Notes: generated by a model from the letters alone, not told the origin. DNA of 64,000 nucleotides from Eledone cirrhosa (GCA_964016885.1 OZ024762.1:27528001-27592000); one strand, 5' to 3'; positions 12,536-25,870 are shown, counted from the stretch's first letter. Translations and numbers: made by a program.

Positions 12536-13699
12536 CCTCAGATTTTTTGTTTAAGATGTGGTCATTGGCGTAGAGTATTTCCAGGGCTTCGGCGGCGCAG
12601 TGATTACATGGTCTTTTATTTTCGTTATACGATCTCGCCTTAGCTAGGATCTCCCAGTGTAAACTTTGTATAACATTTATTTCGGCTTGTAAACATAAAT
12701 TGCACAAAACTTTCCTGTATTACAGCCCCACTTTATACCCTAACGGATAGTACGAACTATACGCGAATAATTTACGTCTTGATGTGGTAGCTAAGTATAT
12801 TTTATATTTATACCATTACTTATTTGTATAGGTAAGTATATATTACTTGTATGTTTTGTGAAGGTACGTATACTTCGTTGTATTTGTTATAGGCGTATAT
12901 ATTATAGTATATATACTGGTATGTACATGTGTATATGGTTATGTGTATAGGTGAGTGTTGCGTTTGTGTTATGCACATATGTAGGGTGTGTGTATATGTG
13001 TACTTTGTGTTTTGGTTGACGTAGGTTTAGCGAACATATGTGTATTTACATGTAGGTGCGTGTGTGCGCGCGTTATATACGTATTTGTGCGTGTATATTT
13101 ATATACGTTTATATAATTATATGTATATGCGCACACACACACACATGTATATATATTTATATATATATATATGTTTTATGTGTATTTGGTGTATACGTTC
13201 GTATGTGTGCGGGTACAGGCGTTGCGTGGTTTTTTGTATGTGTGCGCGTGTTTTTGTGTACATGCCTGTATTTGCATACCCATGGCGGGTGTTTTCGCGT
13301 ATGCATGTGTATGTACGTATATGGATTCGGGCATATATATATTTAATTATTGTTGATTTCAATAATCTCTGTAATTTATTTACATTATTCTTAACTCTGA
13401 AGCCGAGAACCATTCGGTTTCCTGAATATAATTTTAGTCTACGACTTCAGTTATACGATAAACGTGATTTTGTCTTTGTGTGTAATTGTTTTCACCGATC
13501 CAAATAGTGACGTATTATCTTCGTTTTTTTTTCGTTCTTTGCCAGGGAACGTCTCCACCTCTTCCTGTCTTCCTTCGGTTGCAACGTTTTTCGAAATATT
13601 TACTTCTGCGTTCACAGATTGATCTTTTTAGTTTCAGAAGATCCCGTTAAAGGTGAAACCAGCGATTCTTTGCTTAAAATTTAATCTGTTATTTTAATA

Positions 13700-13700
<1 letters not shown>
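12532..13700. mobile_element. PLE 3' fragment with inversion: GIY-YIG C-terminus split between strands, then a 3' UTR ending in a hammerhead
   Basis: Minus 12532-12660 reads WEILAKARSYNENKRPCNHCAAEALEILYANDHILNKKSEAI. Plus 12679-12750 continues ISACKHKLHKTFLYYSP. Both align by eye with the ORF at 32473-32865. Confidence 0.75.
13630..13680 (+). ncRNA. Hammerhead-like ribozyme, U4A core variant (family H), decayed
   Basis: agttt-CAGAAGA-tcccgttaaaggt-GAAA-ccagcgattctttgc-TT-aaaat; a cleaner copy is at 57625-57675. Confidence 0.55.
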
Positions 13701-13795
<95 letters not shown>

Positions 13796-13974
13796 TGTGT
13801 GTATGTATAACATATATATATTGTTATACTTTGGGAGGGTCATGTGGCCAATAAAAACATGCACCTGTTCGTTTTCACTTTAATTTATTATAAATATCCG
13901 GGTTTATTAGCAAAATGGCCCTCCCAAACAAATTCAAAAACGAAATATATATATATATGTGTGTGTGTGTGTGT

Positions 13975-14030
<56 letters not shown>

Positions 14031-14049
14031 TCATAGGGATATATATATA

Positions 14050-14346
14050 TATATAAAACTGAGGATGTCTGTCTGTGTGTGTGTGAGTTTGAATCCCTAA
14101 AACTCGAGAACCACCCAACCGACGCTTTTCAAACTTTACACATGTAATACTTATGTTTCAGGGAGTGTTCTGAGCAAAAGAAATTTCAAATTTTCCATGC
14201 CCTAGGGACCTCATTAGGCGATTTAGCGATCTCTCTCTATAATTCTTAGTCTTTCTCTTTTTAGACAGATACATACATATAACGTCGCACCCTTATAGTA
14301 TCAGTCTGTATGTCTGGCTGTCTGCATAAAGTCACTTCCCTGAGGA

Positions 14347-14436
<90 letters not shown>

Positions 14437-14600
14437 AATCCCTAAAACTCGAGAAGTACCCAACCGATCTTTTTCAAACGTTACATGTGTATTACTTATG
14501 TTTCATGGAGTATTATGCACATAAAACAATTCAACATTTTGATCCCCTAGGGCCCGCATTAGGTGAAAAATTGCGTGATGGAAAGCCATCACTAACTCCA
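14050..14600 (+). mobile_element. Two diverged fragments of a non-autonomous Helitron-like repeat with internal (GT)n
   Basis: Repeated tgaggatgtctgt(gt)n..ttgaatccctaaaactcgagaa..cccaaccga..ttttcaaac at about 14058 and 14340; the layout resembles microsatellite-bearing Helitron 5' ends. Confidence 0.45.
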
Positions 14601-14933
14601 AGCCATACGCAAGGGGAAATCTGACGTGTGGCTTATGTATCGACGAACGAATAACTATCCTAAAGATATTACGCAATAGTGATTGCCTAAACACGAGAAG
14701 TGAATTTTTCACACGTTGTCCACACGTCACCAAACATCTATTGCATAACTACAAGGCTCCGGCCTGATTCTTTGTAATTTTATTTTTAATTTTTTTAATT
14801 TTATTTTCAACCTAAAAACTTTCCGGACTTTCACCTCCCGCAATCAGTCTAGTATTGCCTGTGTGGAGTGACCGAGTTTCTGCGCATGCGCGTTCGCACG
14901 GTTGTCCTTCCTGTTCCTATAACCATACACATC

Positions 14934-14973
14934 CCGAGCTGAAGATCCGCGAAGGTGAAACAATTGTTCTCGG
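14934..14973 (+). ncRNA. Minimal hammerhead ribozyme (family D)
   Basis: ccgag-CTGAAGA-tccgcgaaggt-GAAAC-aatt-GTT-ctcgg. Confidence 0.8.
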
Positions 14974-15019
14974 TATGGTGAACTAACTGTTGTGTAACCA
15001 CTTCTATATATATATATAC

Positions 15020-15136
<117 letters not shown>

Positions 15137-15197
15137 TATATAGATATAGATATATACGATATTAACAAATGGAAACTAGATTTATAAAACCATATTT

Positions 15198-15260
15198 ATT
15201 TCATTATACATATTTCAAGGACACGAAGTTAAATTATGGTGTGCTTTCATCAGATAAAAT
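15198..15260 (-). ncRNA. Minimal hammerhead ribozyme (family B-related)
   Basis: Minus strand: attttat-CTGATGA-aagcacac...gtgtcctt-GAAA-tatgta-TA-atgaaat. Confidence 0.7.
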
Positions 15261-15265
15261 ATAAT

Positions 15266-15374
15266 TGTTTCTACTTTTGGCACAAGGCCAGCAATTACCC
15301 AGTGCATTACTGGTACTTTATTTTATCGACCCCGTAAGGATGAAAGGCAAAGTCAACCTCGGCGGGATTTGAAC
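15266..15374 (-). mobile_element. 5'-truncated tRNA-derived SINE with a 19-bp target-site duplication
   Basis: Reverse complement of the 3' half of the SINE at 19189-19385; TSD tcatcagataaaatataat at 15247-15265 and 15375-15393. Confidence 0.85.
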
Positions 15375-15468
15375 TCATCAGATAAAATATAATATAGATC
15401 AGTTTTATAAATAAATATTGACATACCCTTAAAGAATGCAACCATTACTGTTGGAAGCTACCGGATAG

Positions 15469-15667
<199 letters not shown>

Positions 15668-16526
15668 GAGATATAGATATATAATTATATATATAAATAT
15701 ATATGTAGCGATATATATATATATATATATATATTTTAGGTTTGTTGGTTCACCACTGGATAGAATTGGTCATTCCGTATGGTCAATCTTGGTGTAATAT
15801 TGTGGGGACGACTTACCGCTAGCACTCCCGGGGCTTAAGGTAGCTACGTTCCTAGAGTACTCGGAAAAATTAATTTCCATTTCTTTCGCCGGACGATACT
15901 ACTCGAAACTGGCTGACTCATGGTTGGGGGTGCGGGTGCTGGCTGGGACTCACAATCGAAATCTTTACTCTATATCCCATCCTGATATCTTATCGAGATT
16001 ATTTTTTTCATATAAGAATCTCTCTGTAAGTTCATTAAATAAATCTCGCTACCTTAACCTTTAATTTTCTAATAATTTATTTTTCAATTTATCATTTTTC
16101 AACTTAATATTTTTTAATTTAATTTAATTTCGTCCTATAACTCGTAACATAAGTTTCACGTTCCAATTTTCGGTTCACACATTAGACCATACAGACACCC
16201 ATTATATATGCCTTTGTGAAATATAGATTCTTTGGAGTAGCATTTTTCACGGCATTTTCTGGCATGAATATAGTGTGAGCCTTACGCTGACTTCTTTCTT
16301 TCTTTTTTTCTTCTTTTTTCTTTCTTCCCCTTTTTCTTTGACGGAGAGGTGGCAGTGCATTATAAGCCTTCGCCCCCTCACCAGATGGTCATTAGTGGAT
16401 TCAGTTGCCATCACTTTGAGGGCGGCTGGCCGAGGTGAATGCAGCTAGTTGGTCAGTCGTCCTCTTTGTCTCTGTCTCTGATTTTTCGGACCCATGGTTT
16501 TTTACATATTCCTTTGTTATATTCCA

Positions 16527-16584
16527 ATACTTGATGATATCACCGGATTCATATGGAACCCGGTCACTGAAATGATCATAGTAT
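16527..16584 (+). ncRNA. Hammerhead ribozyme (family C), C3U without compensation, probably impaired
   Basis: atac-TTGATGA-tatcaccgg...ccggtcact-GAAA-tgatca-TA-gtat. Confidence 0.55.
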
Positions 16585-18488
16585 AATAAACCTTTCAAGG
16601 ATTTACACCAGTCCAGCCTCCTGTTATTTTATTTATAATTAACTCCGTATTCGCACCACCAATTACACAAACGAAGACGGGTGAACTGCACTACGTTGAG
16701 TACTCTCCACAATATTACACCAAGATTGACCATACGGAATGACCAATTCTATCCAATGGTGAACCAACAAACCTAAAGAAATAATGCTCCAATAATGTTG
16801 AGCACTTCCAAATGTAATATTGAACAGCGGCACTGACTTTGTGTACAGCTATTACCAGCATGGGATTAACTGATCTACTTACCATTCGGATTGTGGCTGC
16901 TCTGTGCTTTGTCTACCGCCACCCGGTACTACTTCCTTGTCGGAATGATTCCGATTCCGACAATACTCTACGTATTATACTAAAACATGTATTCTATTGA
17001 CTGAATTCTCTACTCTATACATCAGGACTTTTTTGTGACTCACACTGAATTCGGAGACCCGAACTTTACACTAGGTTCCACCTGTTACCATTCCATCTCC
17101 TCCATCCTCTATATCTATATGTACAACCTGTATTATCTTACTACAACTTGATCTATATTGTATTTCCCTTACACTGTGATTCCTCCGATACGTTCTTATA
17201 TACTTCCGTCTTTCTACATCCCTAGTTATTTACTTTTATTAATTGTTTTTATTAATTTATTAATGTATTTTTATCAATGTATTCTTCATCTTTGTATTTT
17301 ATCTTCATCTTTGTATTTTATCTTTATATTTTTATTTTATCTTTGTATCCTGCTTTTATTATTTGTAACTTTCCTTACTCAGGTCATTATGCACCTTTCA
17401 TAGCCCCCTACCCACCTAAGAACCACACTACTTCTAACCCGGACTAACTGGGACTTTAAAATAATTTTGGTCTATTTGCACTTTTCATTGGGTTGCTACT
17501 TTCGACTTATGTGGTGGCTTTTCCCGGCTGCGTGCTGGGCACTCGGAAAAATAAATTTCCCCTCTTTCGGTAAACGAAATTACTCGGAGCGGATGCTTTG
17601 CTCCTGTCCCACCGCGCCGCCTGTTTTGGCCGCCATATTATACTTATACCTATAAACTCCAGGTTTAGGCATAACTATTAGCTGTATCATGCCTCCACAG
17701 GCACGTAAATAATCCCCTCATGTGTGAATTAATAATATTCGTGTGGTATGGACGATGGCCTGTCGAAATTGTAGACCTCCCGCTAGCACTCCCGGGGCCT
17801 AAAGTAGCTACGTTCCTAGAGTACTCGGAAAAGTTAATTTCCATTTCTTTCGCTGGACGATACCACTCGAAACTGGCTGACTCGTGGTTGGGGGGTGCTG
17901 GCTGGGACTCACAATCGAAATCTTTACTCTATATCCCATCCTGATATCTTATCGAGATTAACTTTTTCATATAAGAATCTCTCTGTAAGTTCATTAAATA
18001 AATCTCGCTACCTTAACCTTTAATTTTCTAATAATTTATTTTTCAATTTATCATTTTGCAATTTAATATTTTTTAATTTAATTTAATTTCGTCCTATAAC
18101 TCGTAACATAAGTTTAACGTTCCAATTTTCGGTTCACACATTAGACCATACAGACACCCATTATATATGCCTTTGTTAAATATAGATTCTTTGGAGTAGC
18201 ATTTTTCACGGCATTTTCTGGCATGAATGTAGTCTGACCCTTACGCTGACTTCTTTCTTCCTTTTTTTTTCTTCTTTCTTCTTTCTTCCCCTTTTTCTTT
18301 GACGGAGAGGTGGCAGTGCATTATAAGCCTTCACCCCCTCACCAGATAGTCATAAGTGGATTCAGTTGCCATCACTTTGAGGGCTACTGGCCGAGGTGAA
18401 TGCAGCTAGTTGGTCAGTCGTCCTCTTTGTCTCTGTCTCTGATATTTCGGACCCATGGTTTCTTTACATATTCCTTTGTTATATTCCA

Positions 18489-18546
18489 ATACCTGATGAT
18501 ATCACCGGATTCATATGGAACCCGGTCATTGAAATGATCATAGTAT
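18489..18546 (+). ncRNA. Minimal hammerhead ribozyme (family C), intact core
   Basis: atac-CTGATGA-tatcaccgg attcatatggaac ccggtcatt-GAAA-tgatca-TA-gtat. Confidence 0.75.
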
Positions 18547-18588
18547 AATAAACCTTTCAAGGATTTACACCAGTCCAGCCTCCTGTTA

Positions 18589-18620
<32 letters not shown>

Positions 18621-18868
18621 TATTATTATGTAATAAACAACATAAGGCAATTATTCCATTTACCAGTGGTTTCTTAAAAGCAAAAGGTTTTGCTTTCAAT
18701 CCTCAGAATGAAAAATCCTGGTTTGTTTTTGTACAAGCTCTTTTGCATACATAGAGCACTCTTTTTTCCTGGACTTTTCCGATGGAATTACTTCACATAT
18801 ATATATATTAAGCTCTGTTGCATACATAGAGCACTCTTTTTTCCTGGACTTTTCCGATGGAATTACTT

Positions 18869-19004
<136 letters not shown>

Positions 19005-19006
19005 CC

Positions 19007-19087
<81 letters not shown>

Positions 19088-19127
19088 TACATTACACCCT
19101 AGAACTTAAACTTTCCAGATTTTCTCC

Positions 19128-19390
19128 CAGTAATGTACTGGGTAATTGCTGGCCTTGTGCCAATAGTAGAAACAATTATTATTCAAAAGGGCGGCGGATT
19201 GGCAGTATCGATAGAAGGTCGGACGACATGCTTTGACGCATAGAGTTACGGCCATTGCCATCCTGAGTTCGAATCTCGCCGAGGTTAACTTTGCCTTTCA
19301 TCCTTACGGGGTCGATAAAATAAAGTACCAGTAATACACTGGGTAATTGCTGGCCTTGTTTCAATAGGTAGAAACAATTATTATTCAAAA
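19128..19390 (+). mobile_element. Octopus-type tRNA-derived SINE (full copy 19189-19385) preceded by a 3' fragment
   Basis: A-box-like tggcagtatcgatag, B-box gagttcgaatct, body tttgcctttcatccttacggggtcgataaaataaagtaccag and an (ATT)n tail. Confidence 0.8.
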
Positions 19391-19725
19391 TTCTACTTCC
19401 CAATCAATATGTTTCGCTGTCTGGAAGAATGTATTTCTGTCTTTGACTCAATGCCAACCAATTAGTAGAAAATGGCAGATGGAATGAGAACCGTTGTATA
19501 TAGACCAATACTTGGTTTACGGCTTGCTATGTCTCGCCTCTCTTCTCAGAAGACTTCACCCAATAATGTATATAATTTCCTTGTAATTTTAAGCAATTAT
19601 ATCTTACAGGGTGTATATTATGAATATAAAACTTAATTAATTTTCATATTCATATACTTATGTGTATATACGTATATGAATGTGTCGGTATGTATGTATA
19701 TATACGTATGAATATTTATGTATAT

Positions 19726-19778
<53 letters not shown>

Positions 19779-19900
19779 CGAATGAATTGTGGTAAGGAAA
19801 CAGATAGACCATAACGCACCAGAGTACTCAATACTTAGGGTAGTAGAGTGGGAAATAGCCGTCGAAACGGCTTCAGCTCTGCCGTCGGGTCATACTTTTT

Positions 19901-19963
<63 letters not shown>

Positions 19964-20024
19964 CGTAAAATAAGAAAATTTTTTTAAAAAATTTTAAAGA
20001 ATTAACTTACTTACTTAAATTTTC

Positions 20025-20105
20025 ACTCCAACTAATTAGTTTCTGCATTGGGATAAAGATAGTTACGTAATGAACTGTTGAGAATTTCATTGCGTCATCA
20101 GGGAG
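20025..20105 (-). ncRNA. Hammerhead ribozyme (family A variant) in a solitary fragment at 19958-20135
   Basis: Minus strand: ctcc-CTGATGA-cgcaatg...caatgca-GAAAC-taatta-GTT-ggag; stems partly decayed. Confidence 0.65.
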
Positions 20106-21339
20106 GTCTATTCTCAGCCAAGTCTCCAGGCAATTATCTATATATATATATATATATGTATAAGTATATATATGTATATATGTATATATGTATATATAGC
20201 CAAAGATTAATAAGGTTCATTGATTACTCAATGAATACAGTTTTACAATATGTTAAAAGCACTCAACAGTGGGTTTTCCTGGAGTTTTCAATATTATTCA
20301 AAATATTAACAAAGGAAGATATTCAAATTATTAACAAATGAAGATATTCAAAATATATGCTTTATTATATATATTTCGAAGGTACTGTGTTGTTTTTAAA
20401 GTACGTCCTAGTCAGTACGGTTAAAAAATGTCAATTCCTATCGGAACGCTTCCATTTCGCTAAATTGCAATCCTTCAAATCTTGAGACTCTATTGATAAT
20501 TACAAATTATGACAATTTAATTAACAAGGAAAATGAGTTATTTAGCAGCTGCTAACATAAATTCGGTAAAACAAAATATTGAGAATTAATAACAATTTTA
20601 TAAAATATATATTTAATTTTTTCCCTTACTGGGGTAATATTTTATTGATGTTTTATCTATTAGAATAATTTCTTTAAGAGTCTTGGTATCCTATGTTTTG
20701 TTTAGGACAGTTCAATATTTAACTTGACAATTGTTGATTTATGGTTTAGAATTATCACTAGATTTCAGAGTAGTTAAATGCTCACATATGGTGAATGAGT
20801 TATCTTCCTTTTGTTTACATTCTTCGTAAATATTTTTATTCTGTTTGAATTGCTTACTAAATTATATTTGACATGAATTATGTAGTTTAATAATATAAGA
20901 ATATTTTTAAAAAGAAACTATAATAATATATAATCACAGAAGTAAATATAAATTAACTTTTGAGATTAAATATAACAGCAATTTAATCCTGTAATTATAT
21001 GATAATTATAGAATAGAAATGATTTTATAAAGTAAATATCCTATTTAAATAAAATAATTCGGCTAAAAAATGATGTTAATATATTATATATATTGATGGT
21101 GAGATATACATGTATTTTAATATATATTTTAAATGCATGTTTAATAATTATTTGAATTTGTTTTAAAGATAAAATTTTTTTTTAAGTTGTAACAAAATAC
21201 TTAAGGAATATATTACTTAAACTAAATTATAATCTATAATGAGTTAAATTAAATTATATAAATTTTTAATTAAACCCAATTATCTGACGGCTATAAATAG
21301 TAATGTATATTGACTAATTTTGATATAATATATAAGTAT

Positions 21340-21525
21340 GAGGATTGGCAGTATCAGTAGAGGGTCGGACGCCATGCTTTGAAGCATAGAGTTACGGTCC
21401 TTGCCATTCTGAGTTCAAATCCCGCCGAGGTTAACTTTACCTTTCATCCTTTCGGGGTCGATAAAATAAAGTACCAGTAATACACTGGGTTAATTGCTGG
21501 CCTTGTGCCAAAAGTAGAAACAATA
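21340..21525 (+). mobile_element. tRNA-derived SINE (same family as 19189-19385)
   Basis: Clear similarity over the full length, followed by a tandemly repeated tail gaaacaataatcaaatacaag. Confidence 0.8.
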
Positions 21526-21991
21526 ATCAAATACAAGTAGAAACAATAATCAAATACAAGAGAAACAATAATCAAATACAAGAAATATTCAATGGTTCAT
21601 GGTAATTGATTGGTTGCCTCAATTGACCTAATATTTGAAAACAACGGGTTTTTTCTATATATCCTAACATATATTTTATGTTTCCCCCTCTTTTGTCGTT
21701 ATTTCTCCTTTCTTCTTCCTTTTATTTATTTTTATTCATTTAAATATTTATGTCTGTATTTATTTATTTTGTCTTATTTTTTATTTTTTATTTCTTTCTT
21801 TCTTTTTCTTGCCTTCCTCCTCTTTACACCCTCTCTTATATCTCTATTGCGCTCCATGTCCTTTTCTTCTTTATGTTTATCATATTATTATTTGTGGTAT
21901 ATAAATGTTGAGATTTCATGAAATGAATCACTGCCAATACTGGAATTGAAATATCAAGACCGTAGAGGTATGTCATTAATCAAATCATATA

Positions 21992-22053
21992 TTTTATCTG
22001 ACGAGGGCGTACTGAAAAAACAACACAGTACCTTCGAAATATATATAATAAAG
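21992..22053 (+). ncRNA. Minimal hammerhead ribozyme (family B-related)
   Basis: ttttat-CTGACGA-gggcgtactg...cagtaccttc-GAAA-tatata-TA-ataaag; decayed inverted copy at 20360-20415. Confidence 0.75.
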
Positions 22054-22171
22054 CATATATTTTGATTATGTGAATATCTTCATTTGTTAATATTTTGAAT
22101 AATATATATATATATATATTATATATTAAAATATAAATATTAATAAAATAGATGATCTTTTGATCAATTAA

Positions 22172-22224
22172 ATTTTATTATACATATTTCAGAGGTACAA
22201 CAGTACGTCCTCATCAGACAAAAT
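22172..22224 (-). ncRNA. Hammerhead ribozyme (family B)
   Basis: Copy of 5808-5860; 22120-22380 repeats 5755-6015. Confidence 0.7.
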
Positions 22225-22914
22225 ATAATGATACATGACATACCCTGAGATGTTAAATGGTTAAGATTTAATCAAGGTAGTGATTAACCTTTGAGAAAAC
22301 TCAACATTTATACCCTAATAATGAGAAACTGCGAAAACGTAATAAATTCAATAAAGAAGGTATGAGTAAGAAAAACGTTGCTTTAATGAAACAGCTATAG
22401 AGATTTTAAAATGTGGGATACTACAAATTATGATTATCGATGAAGACCTCTCTGGAATTATAATTTTATTACAGTTTATGAAGGCAACTGATAGATGATT
22501 AAAGAGAGGGAGAGATAAAGGGGAGTAATTTATGCCGAAAAAAATGTTTCCCCTTAAGGACTAAGCGGTTAAGTTTCAAAATATTTAATTTATGTTATTT
22601 TAGGGTGAAGAATCAAAATTTTAAGTTTTTAAAAGTGGATGGTTATTTATATTTATTAATTTTATAGATTTTATACATTTCTAAAATTCTGAATTTTATG
22701 AAAACAAAATTAAAGGATTTACTAGGCCCGCGAAAGAGAAATATACACTGTTGAATATTCCTTAGATGTAATATTTAACAAAAATTACCTATAAGAGTGT
22801 CAACATTTTCGGTATGTAAAATGTATGAAGTTCTTATTGTTAGAAATATCGGAAAATGTATTGTCAAGTAGATACATTGTCTAAAGTATAATGATTAACG
22901 CAGAGTTTTCAGCC

Positions 22915-22966
<52 letters not shown>

Positions 22967-23424
22967 ATTTATCGTAATAAATTAATATTTATTATATTAT
23001 ATTAAATCACTATATTAGTTCTACCTTCATGGGAGGAATGAAACCTAAATAATGGATATGTTATTGTACAATATATCTATAATTGCACAAACTATATATA
23101 GCGTTAAACCGAAACGGTAATTATGATTAAGTTATTATACATTATACATATAGATGTAGAAAACCAAATGCAGAGATATACGAAAGTAATAATATGATTT
23201 TGCTATTATACAAAATACACATATTTGCAAAAAAATTAGGTATAGAGAGATATACTAAGTATTAATGAGACAGTATACGTTTGGTAAATGATAACGTTTA
23301 TAATCTAATATAATAGATTCAAACATGCAAAGTTTAAATACATACATATATATAAAAGAGTGTAAACGCATGAATGATTCACAGTTCAAAATAAGGTCCG
23401 TAAAAATGTACAGATTGGCAACAC

Positions 23425-25203
23425 AAAAGGTTGGCAACATCACCAGCTATGCTGACGCCGACCTTTTCATGGTATGGCGGGAAAGGAGACTTAAAGATCT
23501 CCTTAATGAGAGCTCCATAGACCTCATCATGTACTCTCGTTATGTAGACGATATCAATATAGTTATAAGAACACCCCCACCAGAGAGCACTAACAAGTTT
23601 TGATTTAGAACGTAGCACGATGGAAAGCATCCAGCAGATAGCTAATTCCATACACCAGAGTATAACTGTAACTATCGACTTCCCTTCCAAACACCCTAAC
23701 AATAGACTACCTGTATTAGACACAGAACTCTGGATTAACACTATAGACGAGAGAGCCCAAATTCTCCACTCACACTATACTAAACCCATGGCCTCCAAAT
23801 ACCTGATACTCAAAAACTCAGCAATGTCCAGTAGTGCTAAGTTTAATATTCTGATCGCAGATTTGGTACGAGTGATGAAGAATGTGTCCCGCATGTGCGA
23901 CCCAACAGAAATGGAAAGACACATCCAACACTTCATCAACCGCATGCAGTTCTCTGGCTACAACCAAAGAGACAGAGTCAGGGTATACGAAGGAGCCATG
24001 GAGAAGTATAACACCCTCATGGAACTGGACATGAAAGGAATTTGCCCATTACACAGGAGCAAATCATGGAATAGCTTAGATAGGGCTAGACATAAGATAG
24101 GGAAAGCCACCTCATGGTACGACAACCAGAGATACCAGAGTGTCATGTTTGTGGACGCTACCCCTGGAGGGAAATTAGCTAACCAGTGTAGAAAAGCCCT
24201 GAGAAAGACCCACTTAAAAATTAATGTGGTAGAAAAGCCAGGAACCACCATAAAATCCCTGATCAGCAAAACCTACCCTTTTAAGAAAACCCACTGTACC
24301 AATAGGAAATGTATCATATGTAAGGTAAACCCCCGGATAAACTGTAAAACTAGAAACGTAGTCTATAGCATAAGATGTACAGAGGGTACTTGCAGAAACA
24401 TGACAACAACATACATAGGTGAGACAGCTCGTAGCATAGGTGAAAGGATAGACCAACACTGGGGGGAACTAAAAGGACGAAAAAACGGGTCAGTACTATA
24501 CGAACATGCTAGACAACAACATGACGGTAACATAGACAACATAGAAATTAGAATAATATCTAAACATAGAAATGACCCAGCAGATAGGCAAATCAGAGAG
24601 GCCAATGAAATAGAAATTAGAAGATCAAGACTAAACAGAAAGAATGAATGAAATAACAACAACACCCAAACAAACAACACTGACCTAAGAGAAGTATAAA
24701 TAAGTAAATAAAATAAAATAAATAAATAAATACATACACAAGCACAATAACAACCAGCACATAAACACAGCAAACAAAACACTATACACACACGCAAACG
24801 CATGCGCAAAGAAGACAAAGTAAAATAAACAAACAAGCAAATAAATAAATAAATATATTGACAGACTGAATAAAAATGGCGTAGACATACAATACAACAG
24901 GAGGAAAAGATAGCACCACTGACGATGTTGCAAATGTGCAACGAAAGATTTATGATAACCTATATATATGTGTTTGTATCTATATTGTATCTGTATCATT
25001 TTTGACCGTCGGTCAGTCAATGGCAATATTGAGGACCGAGTAAGTTAGATTACCGATATAAAAGACACAGAAGCGAGAAGCGAAAACCAACCAAACAGTG
25101 AGTGTGTTCTGTTATTAATTCTGGCAATATTACACAAATATGACCCTCCCCAAGTATAACAATATTTGTTTCGACACACGATTTCGTATAAAAAACCTCG
25201 CAA

Positions 25204-25207
<4 letters not shown>
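23425..25207 (+). mobile_element. 5'-truncated PLE (RT palm/thumb, Cys linker, GIY-YIG), disrupted near 23600, with 3' UTR/pseudo-LTR
   Basis: YSRYVDDINI, LPVLDTELW, CTNRKCIIC...C, VVYSIRC...YIGETARSIGERIDQH; ORF 23620-24651. Confidence 0.92.
24915..24956 (+). ncRNA. Minimal hammerhead ribozyme (family E variant) in the PLE 3' UTR
   Basis: acca-CTGACGA-t gttgca aatg tgcaac-GAAA-gatt-TA-tgat. Confidence 0.7.
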
Positions 25208-25273
<66 letters not shown>

Positions 25274-25329
25274 GACGTAAAATAAGAAAATTTTTAAAAT
25301 TAAAAATCAACTTACCTACTAAAATTTTC

Positions 25330-25411
25330 ACTCCAACTAATTAGTTTCTGTAAGGGGATAAATATAGTTACATAATATAACTATAGAGAATTCCTTACGT
25401 CATCAGGTAGT
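25330..25411 (-). ncRNA. Hammerhead ribozyme (family A', one stem-I mismatch)
   Basis: Minus strand: actac-CTGATGA-c gtaagg...ccttac a-GAAAC-taatta-GTT-ggagt. Confidence 0.8.
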
Positions 25412-25870
25412 CTATTCTCAGCTAAGTTCCCAGGCGATGCGCGGACACTAGGAACCCATATAAAAATAATAATAATAATTCAGTGGATGGAATAAAGCTA
25501 GCGCGGACTAAATTCCGGAGCACTGAAAAAATTCACTGCCTCTGGTCAGTGGCAGATTCTAAAGAATCAATCACGTGACACTGAGGTTAATCAGTTAGGA
25601 GCGGGGTGGTATTATGACAAGAGCCTACTACTACTATGAATCACCAGTAAATTTTGGCAAGTTTTGCTCAACAAATAATTTGGAGATAAATATAGAGAAT
25701 TAGTACATTTACCAACATATGTGTACAGATGTTCACCTATGCTAGCAAATATATATGTTATGTCTTAGTACCTTTGTGGTTCTATGCAGGGGGATGCAGA
25801 ACAATTATATGAAAGACGTAAAATAAAAAAATTTTAAAATTTAAAAATCAACTTACTTACTAAAATTTTC

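Larger units (their letters stand above)
15736..18597 (+). mobile_element. Non-coding element with about 820-bp direct terminal repeats (15816-16635 and 17780-18597), each carrying a family C hammerhead, plus an inverted 5' stub
   Basis: Direct repeats offset by about 1.96 kb; 15736-15810 is an inverted copy of about 16700-16775; no credible ORF; (TA)n on both sides. Confidence 0.8.

Noticed and set aside
19189-19275. tRNA gene
   Set aside because: The A/B boxes belong to a SINE head; no complete cloverleaf
20420-21340. Very AT-rich stretch, possibly a decayed PLE ORF or a mitochondrial insertion
   Set aside because: No convincing motif could be read in any frame
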